A stretch of 62,954 nucleotides of DNA, counting the filler, from Choristocarpus tenellus KU-1152 (taxonomy: Eukaryota > Protista > Phaeophyceae), in the NCBI GenBank assembly GCA_964200185.2. It is 12 parts of 12 records of this genome, joined end to end, with 100 filler letters (N's around TTAATTAATTAA, not from the genome) between each part and the next. Parts side by side here need not be neighbours in the genome. Positions count along the whole stretch, not along the records: positions 1 to 4,384 come from CAXNAD020014803.1; positions 4,485 to 7,481 come from CAXNAD020023045.1; positions 7,582 to 12,144 come from CAXNAD020014000.1; positions 12,245 to 19,069 come from CAXNAD020007265.1; 8 more parts are not named here. One strand, 5' to 3'. The notes under the pieces were generated by a model. The model was not told the origin of the DNA, did not search any database, and saw nothing but the letters and a program-made list of their open reading frames with translations. Position numbers and translations under genes: made by a program. Position 1 is the first letter of the stretch. Each line of letters begins with the position of its first letter. Below are positions 1 to 12,753 of the stretch, piece by piece.

Positions 1-682
1 ATGCCTCTGAGCCTGGAGATGAGAATACCTTTGACACTATTCGCTTTCCCCCCATGCTCCTCCCCATCACCTCCTCCCTGTCATTGTACCACGCAGCATA
101 GGATGTAAATAGCATTGGGGTGACAGATCTAGCAAGCTTAATATAGAAAACCCACTTACCTCTCACTTGTCAACTCTAGAGCCCTGTACTCAATGCTCAT
201 GAAGTTAGAACACACATGGAATAATCCACTAAGCAGACATAAAGTGTAGGATCTTCCCAAATACACATGACCCAACCAACTACTGGATGGATGTCTGGAA
301 ATATACACCATGCCCTAACTCTTCTTCCTTTCAATGCCAAAATTTCCTACACATTATGATAGAATGAGAATGACAATAGTTCGGCTAGGCCTGGATATGA
401 CTATAAGACACAGTTATTGAAGTGGAGGTAGTCAGTGGAAGGATCACACTCTTCCAGTGGGGATGATTGGTACTTGGAAAAGAGAGGTGATCGGTCTCTT
501 GAGAGTTTTTTACCCTGTCCATTGCGTTGGTATTCTTCTCGACACCATGTTGGTCTTGAATCTTCACTCCTTCTCTAGAATACATGGTAGCGTGCCACCT
601 TTTAGACCCTGAAAAAACCCAGATTCGACCCAATGGGGTGAGTCCACAGAAACTGTTTCAGAGCTTATGCACCCTGACCAAC

Positions 683-979
683 CTGTTGAGGCTCATTCCT
701 TGGATCTCCCTCCAGCTGCGGGGTAGGGTGACTCAGGCTTGCACCCAATGTCCTTCCGTATGAGTCATCCCTTTTCCGACATCGGCTCCGGTTCCTCTCC
801 AGGCCTTGGCTACTACTCTTTGTTTGGGTTCTGCTCCTTGCCATGTCCTGGTCCAGACACCGCCTGCTACTCAGATACCGTCCCTGAACCTGCTCTCTAT
901 CAGGTAACAGCTCAAGCTTTGACTCTAACTCTCGCGACAGCCCCGGCCTCAGATGCAGCTCCCTCTCCAAAAATCTCGC
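683..979 (-). CDS. Possible host exon of unknown function (weak RPEL-repeat resemblance)
   Basis: Open frame after a CAG acceptor: ARFLERELHLRPGLSRELESKLELLPDREQVQGRYL. No firm homology. Confidence 0.25.
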
Positions 980-1944
980 CTGATCCATGTAAAGCATTGA
1001 TATGAAGCATGATACGGTGAGTCATACGACATGTTTTGGCAGTTACGGATAGACGATTCCAGTCGCCCAGTTTACGGGTCAGTTATTGAAGTTAACCTTC
1101 AAAGTCACTTGGACTGCTTTCCTTGTGATAGTCATTGACTCATTCCTACAACAAGAAAGTGTGCTGCATAGCTTCAACAATCTATTGGATGATTGCAGAT
1201 GCCAAATGTAGTGTGTAGAGGGGGACTTCTCTTAGATTTTAGTAGTATATGTTGTCTGAATGGCACAGTGGAGTTCTACCTAGCAGTGAAAAAGTGGGAG
1301 TCCCTTCTGAGTTACCCTCATACATCCAAGGAGTGCATCATATTCGCATTGGACTAACCTAGTTGGTAGATTTGATCACACTTGAAGATAAAGAAGATGT
1401 AATATGTATTTCGAAGTTTCACCTCAAAGTTTTCATCAACGCCTCTTGAAGAGCTCACACTTCTACATTTGCTCTCTTCTACCCCTTGGCAGGACTGCAG
1501 CAAAAAAATTGTTACCCACGTCAATGTTGATTCATAAGAGGAACATTGTAGAAAAGACGGAGCATGTTAGAAGGGGTTTTGAATTGCACAGGTCGCCTGA
1601 ATACGTTCAAATTGGGGTCAAATATGATCTTGGTGGGATAGCCATTAGTGGAAGGCAATCATTCGCAGGGATTGATCCACCACATTTGCATTCCAAGGTG
1701 AATGAAAGTCCCCCATGCTCGTACATTCAATGCAGCTTCGTATGGTCTGAGCAAATACGGCACTGCATACTACGGAATCATTGCAGAGATCAATATTATC
1801 AAACATGTAATTGTGGTCATTGATAACCCATGTGTCATATTGCCGAATATGTCGGAGTACTTCTGAGAGGTCAAATAACAAATGATCAAGAAGTGTTGTA
1901 TCTTCTTGAGAGCATGGGATCATTTTGGTGCTTTGACAGTTTCG

Positions 1945-2199
1945 GAGTCAAAGTAGATGAGAGTTACCCAGGATTTGGACGTTTTACATTTGAAGTCTTT
2001 TTTTTATCTTTGCAATCCACTCATTTTTTTAAAATGAATTTCTAAGTTTGACTTGAGAGTATATATTTCTCTATTGTTTAAACAAAAATGACACAATTCA
2101 GAAAATATCCTATAAACATTTTTAAAAATAGTTGAATTTTGGACATGTTTGTTAGAATCCCTATGTGCGACTCTGGGTACCTTTCGTTTGCTTTGGCTC
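1945..2199 (-). mobile_element. MITE family C copy (255 bp)
   Basis: Ends GAGTCAAAGTAGATGAGAG and CTTTCGTTTGCTTTGGCTC; flanks TCG/TCA (TSD with CpG decay). Interior matches 25635-25892, 50070-50290 and 57046-57517. Confidence 0.8.
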
Positions 2200-2596
2200 T
2201 CAGTCATTCATGAGACTAAGAACACACTGCTTTCATATTTTGACTTGACGTATTTTAAACAAGCATACAAGGGAAACCATTGAAAATGTTTCCAATGGAA
2301 TGAGACCTGTGAGATCTAGATCTGTTTGCACTTCTGCAGAGTGCTATCCTTGAATTCATGGTTTCTCCATTTTTAGTGGATCAATTCGACTCTTTGTGTT
2401 TCCAGTGGTATGTGTCCATTCCTGCTCTTGGATGGTTGGGGTTTAGGGCATTTTGATCGAGTTATCATAGGGTAGAAATCTTCTTCGTTTGCTCACATTA
2501 GGAGATAATGAGGTATTTGTGTTCACCTGAGGTATTTCCTTCTGTTTGAGGAGGGCTCTACATGTGGCAGTTGTTGCATACGGTTGATTTCTTGGA

Positions 2597-2859
2597 GACT
2601 GTTTTGATCTCATGGGAGGATCAGTCCCCCATTTAAGGCCTCTGTGATCATATACTATTTCTGGTGTCATCTGAGTAAACGTATCAGATGTAGGGCAATT
2701 TCGTATCATCTGGACACACCTTCCCTTAACATCTCCTTGAATGGACCAAATCCGAAGGAAAAACATCCGCAAAATGGTTATTAAGCTGGGATGTTTTACG
2801 ATACCCCTTCAAGCCTCGAAAAGACATCCTCGACCACCTTCTCTACGATTCGATAGGCC
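2597..2859 (-). mobile_element. MITE family D copy, diverged (~263 bp)
   Basis: Reverse complement aligns end to end with 44030-44297 (GGCCTATCGAATCGTAGAG vs GGTCTATAGTATCCTAGAG; shared GGAAGGTG...CAGAT...CATCTGA block). Confidence 0.7.
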
Positions 2860-4266
2860 TGATCTATATCTCCAGCAAACCCAACAACTTGAAAGGAGAG
2901 GATGAATATCAGAATTGGAAGTAAGATGATCTAGTAGCTTGGAATGAACAAGAAACACTTATTCCAGAATGAACCATTCTTCTCCACAGTGTCATCAGCA
3001 GTATGTCTTTCGAAGTGTACTACTGACCTCCCATGTATTGCACTCAGTGTTAATGGAACACACTATAAGGGCACCTTCTATCATTTGCCAATATATATAT
3101 ATATAGAGAGAGAGATATCGAGAGAGAGCTAAGGGCGCAGACTATTCATAATTTCACATTCATGGTCAGTATGGCGGCACACTGCATGTATTTCGAATCC
3201 CCATGTAACCATTGTTCCATCTGCAAGTTCACTTCAAAAGGCATTCATGACTATCAGTACTGCATCAGAAAAAGGCACTGAAGTATGCTAATTCCTTTCG
3301 TGCATCACAGCTTTGAGTTGTCGCATAGGCAGCATGTATATATGTCAAACCACAAGAAAAAATCAAGACTACATACTGAAACCGGCATTATATATACAGC
3401 CCCACTTCGTACTAAGCTCATTGTAGCCGGCACCTTCAACAGTAGTCTTCTTTCATATGATAGACCATTTTCGTATCTTAAACCACCACGAGCTGATACC
3501 ACATCCCCATCGAGGATTTCTCATATACTCTGCATGTGAATGGATGCCCACATTGATGAGAGGTTTGCATTAATTTATGAGTGTTTTTCTCCATTTTTCT
3601 CAATAGTGGAGACATGAGTGTCAAGAATACTCCCTCTGCATTCTGACATCACCCTGAGCAGGTGCGACTCTTGTTGCTAGAACAGGGTTTAGCCAAGCAG
3701 GATTTCAATCGTACCCTATCTCACTTTGACCTCAGTCTATCGATACACCATATGAAGAAGCACTGACATACAAAGTAGGTATTGTCTGCTGTGCACTCTC
3801 TTCTGAAGCGGGTGACTGAGCTAACTACATCCTGCCAATTTGATAAGCAACAACTTCATATTCATTCTAAGTCCTTCACAATACTTGAATATAGGACGCT
3901 GCTATCCCTTGAACCATTTCTAGCTTCCTTATCCCAAGGGCTGCACTCTCCATGAACAAAGCAAGTGAATGAGCAGGCCATGTTCTTTTTTGTACTCGCA
4001 CCTGCTGTATATTTTATGAGATGATCCAATTCGGGTAATCATCATGTTGAATATCAACAGTGCAATTTCAATTATGTAGCTGCATTCAAATGTTTCTCAT
4101 TTTTCTAGTACCCAAAGTGCGGAACAGCTGTTGGACAGTGCTGGGAATACGAAAGTGGGTTACCTTAGTACATAAGAACATACTATTATTATCATTATTC
4201 CTAGAAATAATGTTATTATTATTATTAATGATATTATTATTACTATTATAATTTATAATAACATTA

Positions 4267-4384
4267 GAGCCAAAGTATCTTAGAGGGTAGAGTCGCGTCC
4301 ATTTGGGGATCAAAATCCAATGCTGTGATTTCGATGTAAATTTGGCTATCGTGTGTTTTAGGAAGTGTCAGTATCCTTGTTCCG
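4267..4384 (+). mobile_element. MITE family A, left part (cut by contig end)
   Basis: Starts GAGCCAAAGTATCTTAGAGGGTAGAG, directly after a TTA-rich microsatellite. Confidence 0.9.
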
Positions 4385-4484
4385 NNNNNNNNNNNNNNNN
4401 NNNNNNNNNNNNNNNNNNNNNNNNNNNNTTAATTAATTAANNNNNNNNNNNNNNNNNNNNNNNNNNNNNNNNNNNNNNNNNNNN

Positions 4485-4525
4485 CCCCTCACAAACCACC
4501 TCCCCCCCCCCAGATACTTTGAGTC
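4485..4525. mobile_element. MITE family B-type terminus (cut by contig start)
   Basis: Poly-C followed by CAGATACTTTGAGTC. Confidence 0.75.
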
Positions 4526-5544
4526 AATAGTTAAGGAATGACTGGTTAAGAGAAGGGGGAAAAGGTTAAAAGAACAGAGTGGTAGGAAGAGGAAAGGGGA
4601 AGGAGTGTTCTGCATTTAATACGAGGACTGAGAACCAGGGGTACAGGATGAGGAGGGTGAGACCAAGACAACCTCCGAGCAAGAACTGCAAGATCTCCAT
4701 CATACGGTCCATTCTCTCGGTTTGTTTTTCTATCTCGTTATTCTAGTCCTTGATTGATTGATTAAGGCTGCCAAGTTTTCCAGCCGTTTGGCCACCTCTT
4801 CCGTCACATCCGTTGTCTCGTCCACTATCCGCTGTAGCTCGTACTGCGTCGCTCTGGCGTTCCCCATTTTAATAAACAAGGGAATGAATCCAAGGCGTAC
4901 GAAGTACTTCCTCACCTCGACCCTGCTCCATGCTTGGATCATTGACTTTGATCCTTTCTGCCATTGTTGATGATATCGAACTTTCACCCACTGTCGATCT
5001 GGCTCCCCCTCCCATTCCTCTGTCTCCCCCCCCCCATTCTGGTTTTTGTGTGCGACATAACTCCTTCAAGATACTCCATCAACCCCAGGTCTAGAGTAAC
5101 GAGATAGCAAAACTAACTGAGAGAATGGACAGTATGATGGAGATCTTGCAGGATTTATGTCGCACACAAAACCAGAATGGGGGGGGGAGACAGAGGAATG
5201 GGAGGGGGAGCCAGATCGACAGTAGGTGAAAGTTCGATATCATCAACAATGGAAGAAAGGATCAAAGTCAATGATCCAAGCATGGAGCAGGGTCGAGGTG
5301 AGGCAGTAAGTACTTCGTACTCCTTAGATTCATTCCCTTGTTTATTAAAATGGGGAACGCCAGAGTGACACAGTACGAGCTACAGTGGATAGTGGACGAG
5401 ACAATGGATGTGATGGAAGAGGTGGCCAAACAGCTGGAAATCTTGGCAGCTTTCACAATCAAGGGCTAAATACCAAGAAGGGGGGAGCTGGGGAGGAAGA
5501 CATACAGGGGGGACTACGAACTGCCAGACAATTTCGACTGCCTT

Positions 5545-7448
5545 ATGACAGCAATGGTGAGGTTGTGCAGGTATGGGGAAAGTTGGACTCCAGGGCAGAG
5601 GAGGACAGAAAGGGTGATAGAGGATCTGGAAGCAGCCAGATGCAAGGTACGAATGTATTGTGAAGTAAATAAACCCATGTTGTTAGAGAGTCCTCTGATC
5701 GTCGAATTGATTTTCGGAGCAGTGGGGGAGAATCTCCAGTGCTGGGAAAAACAGATAGCAGCAGCAGCAGATATAATAGGGAACAAGTATAACGCCCCGC
5801 CAACCCCTGAAACGTGGATACCACTCCCTCCAAGCCCCTGCTTCACATACTTAGAGACGACATTGGGTCGGGCAAAGAATATGCTACCCGCCTTGTACAA
5901 CACTGAGTCCCGCTCCCGGTCAATGAAGAGGGCGGGGACATGGGGGGAGACAAGAGCGTCAAAGTTCCCCAGACCAGATGAGAGAAGCAGGGCAGGAGTC
6001 TCGAATGGAGGGGAAAGGACGTACAACCCGTGCTTTGTGTGGAAGGCGGGGCAGGAGTTCGATTTCCTGAAAAAGAAAGGATACTGCAAATTCGACCACT
6101 TCTAAGGGAAGACCAGACTAACGCCAAGTCTACCCTTGAAGATGCGGGCTCACCCCTTCCAGGGGTGGGCCGGCGGGACGAGACCGATGGATACCAGTAC
6201 TACCACAACATATGCAGGGGACGTCAGGGATTCCAACACCAGGGTCGCTACATCGGACAATTAGTGGAAAGGAGAAAAGGATTTGGTAATGTTAGTGAAG
6301 GGACTGAATGACCTGGCTAAGAAGGGGGAAGCATTACTACGAGGGTGTAGGGGGGATTTGGGAACACTAGTGAATAAGTTGGGGGAAAGGTGGGGTCCCA
6401 AACGGTTGAACTGCGGGAAGATTGAGGATCATTTTGGGAAAAAGGTTGGATTCCCACAGGTGGTAGAAAGGTGGGTACCAGTATGCGTAGGAGGAACAGG
6501 CAGAGTTGAGGAGAGACTAGAGTATGGAAACCACAAGAGTACAAGGAGCAGAAGTAAGGCCCTACTAGAAACGGTTGTGAGTGACGTGACCCAGGGTAGA
6601 GCACTAGTGTTTCCAAAAGGATATGGGGGAAGATTCCAGGATTGCAGGTGTCCCCAGTTGGAGTAATCTAAGAACCTACGAAGGTAAGGATCATTCATGA
6701 TCTGTTGTGTCAGTAAGAGAGTTGGCGTCCGAGTGTGAATGAGGAAACAGAGTTGACAGATGCCCCCCCAGTACATTGTGGGACAGTTCTGGAAGACGTG
6801 ATTAGGAGGATTATAGGATTAAGGAAGAAGTTCCTGAAGGCGAGAATCATTATTAGTAAGATGGACATTAAAGATGCTTTTCGCCAAGTACCAGTAGAAC
6901 CACAAGGGGCAGCAAGGTTTGGATATTGTGTGGGAGATTTGTTGGTGATTGACTTTAGACTCCAATTTGGTTGGAGGAATAGCCCAGGGTGGTGGGACTT
7001 ATTGACAAGTGCCCTAGAATTTTCACACTGTCATACAGATCCCAAGTCAGCAGTAGTTCTCAAAGAAGCAGAAAGGATTGCTGTAGGTGTAGATCACTCA
7101 CAGCAAAAGGGCAGGAGGAAGGTTAGTGCCATAGATGAGACATGGAATGTGCAGGAGGTAGAGGGGAGGGGGTAGAGGACCTTTTTTTGCAATGTATGTA
7201 GATGATGGCATCTTGGTAGAGCCCCAATGGTTCGAAGATGGGCGGAGACTGAACTTGGCAACAAATTCCTTATTATTCGATCACGTACGTTTGCTAGGCC
7301 AGAGAGACATAGATGAGCCACCCATTTTGTCAGCAAAACAATTGACAGGCTGGCATACTATACAGGTAGTGGTAGGATGGAGGATATACACAGAAAATAT
7401 TACCATTGTCTTACCAGATGGAAAGCTGAAGGGGCTGAAATCGCTGTT
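5545..7448 (+). mobile_element. Degenerate DIRS/Ngaro-type (tyrosine-recombinase class) retrotransposon: gag-like ORF plus reverse transcriptase
   Basis: RT motifs SKMDIKDAFRQVPV, FRLQFGWRNSPGWW and MYVDDGILVEP over 6735-7440, with frameshifts and stops. This motif style is DIRS-like rather than copia or gypsy. The recombinase gene itself is not seen. Confidence 0.75.
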
Positions 7449-7481
7449 GAGTGAAAGTATCTTAGAGGGTACGAGATTTGC
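7449..7481 (-). mobile_element. MITE family A terminus inserted in the DIRS-like RT (cut by contig end)
   Basis: GAGTGAAAGTATCTTAGAGGGTACGAG. Confidence 0.88.
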
Positions 7482-7699
7482 NNNNNNNNNNNNNNNNNNN
7501 NNNNNNNNNNNNNNNNNNNNNNNNNTTAATTAATTAANNNNNNNNNNNNNNNNNNNNNNNNNNNNNNNNNNNNNNNNNNNNCTGCTTCCCATCCCTTTCC
7601 CCACCCCCTCCAACCCACTTCCCCCCTTCACCTCTCCCCCTCCTACCCAGAAAATCCAGGCCACCTACCCCCACATTCACGCTTGTACTTGGGGTTTAT

Positions 7700-8560
7700 A
7701 CCCCAAGTGTTAATTCTGCCCTTGACCAAGTCCAGATGGAGATCTTGGATTAAAAAAATATCACCATAGTTAAGAAGCTCCCTGGCAAGCCTTGCACCAC
7801 CCACACGATTACCCTCATGCACATAGTGGACTCCTGATACATGGAGTGACCGACCCACTGCTAGAGTGGGGGGGCCCTCAGTAGGGGCTGTCAGAGCATT
7901 CAAACTCCTCCACCTGATCTCTGGCCTTCTACTGGGCATGATGGAAACTTCTCGAGGGAGGAAAGGTTCGAACATTTAGCGCCAGGGAACATCCAGAAGT
8001 TCACTGCAAGGCTACTAGAACAGTCCCAGAGGACCAACAAATGTAAGGAGCTCCTATGAGATAACCCCAGATCCTACCAGGAGTGGGTCGCAGTAATTGA
8101 CCAGCACCATGGAGGTATCTCCAAGGGGGAAAGTGTTCTCGTAGCTCAACCCAGAACCCCAGAGACAGAAGAGACGTTCAGGGTACTGGTTCCCAAGTTC
8201 CCGAATGAGAACCCTTATTAGCTCATTCAAGCGATAATGAAAGCGAAGGGCAGAGTAGCAACGGATACAGGGTCTGGGGATCAAAAGTACTGCCCCCTTG
8301 AGGGGGAATATACCCCCATCGCCTTCTGATGACGTTCATGAAAGTGAACAGCAATTCTGCACCATGTCCTGATGGGATGCGTCCCAGCCGTATCTCATCG
8401 TGCATCATGATAGATGTTGGCCATGAAGAAGTGGAGACGGCGTTTGCTAAGCTATGGGAGCTTGCTTACACCTCCCCAGACCCTTTACCTCCTGAGTTTT
8501 GGAAGCTCCACTACTTCTAGACTGTTTGCAATTGCGGAGAAGTGCCACCCAGTTCCTGTA
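7700..8560 (+). mobile_element. Degenerate non-LTR retrotransposon fragment (pre-RT and start of RT; RLE/CRE-R2-like class)
   Basis: Broken frame with GGISKG..LVAQPRTP, KFPNE, NSAPCPDGMR (SAPGPDG motif), LPPEFWKL and AIAEKCHPV. Confidence 0.65.
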
Positions 8561-9987
8561 TGTCTTTCGTTTGTGTCCCCCCAGGAGACAGTAGAGCACG
8601 TCTAGCATAGCCTCTTCGAAGTTTACGGTGAAGTACTGGGGTTCAAAGGCGACAACGTCTTTGAAATTCTCCATCTTTGCAAGGAAAACGTCGAGAAGGC
8701 GGGCAAGCCCCCCCAGAATGCCCCGGTGGATACGGCGAAATACCGTGATGGAATGGAGTTTTAGAGGGCCTCGGGGGTAGAATCACAGATAGGTGTAGAC
8801 TGTCCCTTCTTGGTTGAGATTTTGGTGGGCAACCCTTTAGTGTCTGTGCAATACACCCGTAAAACATGAACATATGAAAAAAAATCTTGCTTCTTCATAG
8901 GGTCTGCAAAAGTCACGTTACATTCATTTTCGAACGGAGGAAGTATATGTATATAGCAGACTATTAAAAAATGACGGATTATGAACCGTGTGATTCTGTG
9001 GCGGCATGGTTCACTCAGGCAAGGGTGGTGAAGAGAATCACTGGGCAAGACGGACCAAGATGAACCGTAACCGAGAGGACGAGGTTAAGGTTGGACAAGT
9101 ACAAGACTGTACAAAACTGTGGAGACCGACAGACTGAGGATCTTGTGAGAGAGGATCATCAGAAATGTCAAGACAAGAATTAAGTGAATTTTCCATGTTT
9201 GACAACTCTGAATGAAGAGTAGTCCTATATTTGTGGAATTGGTCTCTTGAAGAGATTCCATGGATTCATTCTCACGGAAGATCCTCCACTGGAATAATGG
9301 ATTCTTGACAAGGAACCTCAATTGGTATAATGGTACATAGCATGCGGCAATTAACGGTATACTGACAAACATGCTTTCCTAAAGATTGTTGGTTCGTTCA
9401 TCATATTTTATGTAGTTGTTCTAAATCGCTGTGGGTGGAGGACAATTCTCACACCCATCTACAATATATTTTGGAGGTTCGGGCTCCATCATATATTACA
9501 AAAGTTTTGCTACTTTTTTGGCTCATATTACACACTTCTAGTAGTTAACAGTCTGGGCATAATCCCCACTTGTTGTCAGAGACACAATACGCACTGCACT
9601 ACTTCTCACGCGAAGTACTAACCCACGGTTGCACTACATCTAAATGCACTACCTTCATTCCTGCATTACTTCTTGCATATTGGGTACAGGGCTCCCACTG
9701 CCTGCCGCTCCATCTCCCTCAAATCTTGTGCTGGACCTGTCTCAAAGTTTCTACCTTAACCTTGGCCTGACGTATTAGCCGTATAGTTGCAGACAGGATA
9801 GAACAGGTGAACAATTCGTTGAGCTTGCCATGTGGAATGGCATCATCGAAACAAGATTTCTGTTAAAATGATCTAATATTGAACGGTTTCAAACCAACTA
9901 AAATTTATGCTGTTTTGAGGCTTGTGCAATATGCACCAAGCTCATGCTTGAATTGTAGTTACTAGGTGTGCCTATAGAAGATTATTG

Positions 9988-12100
9988 AGTGCAATTAACC
10001 TTCGGAAGGTATTGCTATTTGATCAGTAGTGAAGACAAGAAGGTGTGGAGCCTCACACGATTCCCCATTGCTGAATATGTTTACATGGTTGAAAAGAAGA
10101 ATGACCTTATGGGGTGTCTTCTTATTGCTATTTTTATTTTTATTTGTGCTTCAGATGTAAGTCAACGGTTATATCAGAGGGTTTTAATTGCAATACCAAG
10201 CCCCATACATAATCGAGATCTACTATTTCATTAGTTACATCACATGGACTCAATCCAATGCCACAATCTCACATACACAAAATAGGGTATACACCTTACG
10301 ATTGTCCTATTTTTGCACACTCCCCCATGAGAGTGCAGGCAATGAAGGGTTGCTGGAACTCTCATACCTAATATATATATACATAGTCAGAACGGAATTC
10401 ATCTACAACCTTGTCAACACTGCCTGTCTGAATAGTTTCAAATGCTTTCAGTTACATATTACCTTTAACTTGTATCTTCTACACACTTCCCCATGAGGAA
10501 GTAAAGAACACAGATTGCTTCAACTCTCGCACACTAGATTCATTTTAGCAACAAAGTGTCTACGAAGTCTTCTACCTGCTTCTTCAAATGTACCAACACA
10601 GTGACGTACAATTGTGTCCCATGGCAATTCCTCGCCTGGCATATGGGTAAAGCTCTGAACCAGCTCCCTTCAGCTGTTTATCATGGTGGACGTAGCACTC
10701 ACTCCCCCAGGCCCGAATCCTATCATAATTGAAGGTTTTGCACGTCAGACGCTCACACAGTGTTTGAGTGAAAGTATCTTAGAGAGTACGAGTTTTGGCC
10801 TGTTTGTCCATTTGGGGCTTGGGTTCCCATGGGTTCTTTTATGGCATTCTCCTACTCCAAAACGTTAGGGAGTAGGTAAAGTGTACATGCACTTTATGAA
10901 AAGGTGTGTCCAGAACATGGATATTGACACTTCCTAATAAACACGATAGCCAAAATTACATCAAAATCGCAACATTGAATTTTGACCCCCAAATGGACGC
11001 GGCTCTACCCTCTAAGATACTTTGGCTTGTATCATTCTTCCATTGAAGAGGAGCAGATTTCCAGTGACGCTACGTCTCGATACAGAATCGTTGACCCTGT
11101 CTGAGTCCCCATTCCCTATGAGCCCCTTTGTTGTCTCTCTCTCCTTCAGTGGGATAGTGTATCCTCACATCAGTGGAGCCTGTAACATAATGCAGTACAT
11201 GTTGTAGTCCCTTCCTGTGTCGCCTGTGTGTTGGTGAAGCAGTGTGTGGCTAGTTATCTCAAAGAGCTGTTGCTGTCACCAGCACTGTCCTGATTATATA
11301 ATCCACTGGGCTGAACGTGTTGAAATAGTCCACACCCTCTAGTTGAGTGAAGTCCTGTGCCACCAACCTGGCCTTGAACTGTTCAGTGCTCCCCTCGGCT
11401 GTTGGCCTTATCTTAAATTCGAACCTAGCCTTGACAGGATTTCTTCCCCATGGCAAAAACTCTTACTCTATGAATGTTCCCTTCATTTCACTCCATCTTC
11501 TCCATCACCACTTGCCATTCTCTCACGCATCAGGCCCCGTGAGTGCCTCTGATATAGAAGATGGTTCTGGATGGTCTGGAGTAGATAGAGTACTTACTCC
11601 CCAGACTTACCAGTCTTGTGCAGGCAGGCCTTTGTTGACAACCTGCCTCGCCATAGTGCCTCTGATACAGAAGATGGTTCTTGATGCTCTAAAGTAGATA
11701 GTACTTACTCCCCAGATTTACAAGTCTTGGGCAGGCAGCCCTTTGCCGATAGCCTTCCCTGTGTGAGTCATCAAGGCCTGAGGTCTGCCATTGTGGCAAC
11801 CATCTTGGAAAGACCACCGCCTTACCAGGGCTGGTTGCTTGAATCCATCTCCCTCAGTAGCTGGGGGCTTAACTCTAGCCCTCCTACAGGCGAGTGGGGG
11901 GTTGTGGAGGTGTGCCATTGCAGCAAGCATCTCAGATGTAGTTGCTCCTTTCCCCTCTGGTGGAGGCTTGGTTACTTCTCCTGCTATTATCCTGCTCCCC
12001 TTGTGGCAGATACAGCAATTGCTTTTCTCGCTCTGTAAGCAAGAATCTTGGGGTCTCCAATCAATGGGCATGCTGTTGAATTATCCCACACTGGACCCGC
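9988..12100 (-). mobile_element. Ty1/copia 3' portion: RT and RNase H remnants, PPT and 3' LTR (9988-10319)
   Basis: [25 protein letters not shown] in ORF 11259-11456. PPT reads CTCCCCC on the + strand at about 10320-10327. LTR is homologous to 35625-35945 and 38650-38960. Confidence 0.85.
10766..11028 (-). mobile_element. MITE family A full-length copy inside copia
   Basis: Both TIRs and full interior present; TSD not clean. Confidence 0.92.
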
Positions 12101-12753
12101 GGCTTTTAGATGGTGCTTTAATGAAGGACAAAGAACAGCTTGGTNNNNNNNNNNNNNNNNNNNNNNNNNNNNNNNNNNNNNNNNNNNNTTAATTAATTAA
12201 NNNNNNNNNNNNNNNNNNNNNNNNNNNNNNNNNNNNNNNNNNNNGAGTCCATCCCGACCCGACGGTTAGAAGTTTGAAGAATGACGATACTGTGGAGCGT
12301 AATGGGGACTCCACCCATCCCGAGTCAACAACACCAAAGGTTGATTTGAAACCACCAGGTTCGTCACATAGGGACAAGCCTTCCAAAAGGAAGGCAACAC
12401 GTGATAAGGCCAAAACGACGGTCAATAGGAAAAGAGGTTGACAGAAGTTGCTGGACGGATCAGACTGTTCAAACAGTCTCGTGCGAATGACGGACGTGAA
12501 GAAGAACCAAGTTCCTTTGCGATCAGATTCGCTTCTGCCAGAAAGGGAAGAGAATCGGATACTGCAGCGCCATCTACTACGAGGCTAGAGGATGACGTTG
12601 AAACGTCCGCGCATGGTGATGACAACTGCATCACTTTGGACGCAGTCGACTCCAGCAATGCATCCAAAGCAGGGATTACAGAAGCCTTCACAGAGGCGTG
12701 CGTGGCCTAGCTCCTTTGCTCCGCAACAAAACCTGCATCGTCGCAGTACCAAG

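Noticed and set aside
2004-2860. Apparent degenerate MULE/SWIM transposase (recurrent FSELC and GRC.QM peptides)
   Set aside because: The recurrent segments are bounded by TIRs and are the non-coding MITE families C and D.
4429-4440. Recurrent TTAATTAATTAA palindrome between N-runs
   Set aside because: Artificial six-frame-stop linker. ORFs running into X...LIN are artefacts.
8447-8674. FEPQYFTVNFEEA resembling a MULE transposase motif
   Set aside because: A single short motif with no other supporting residues.
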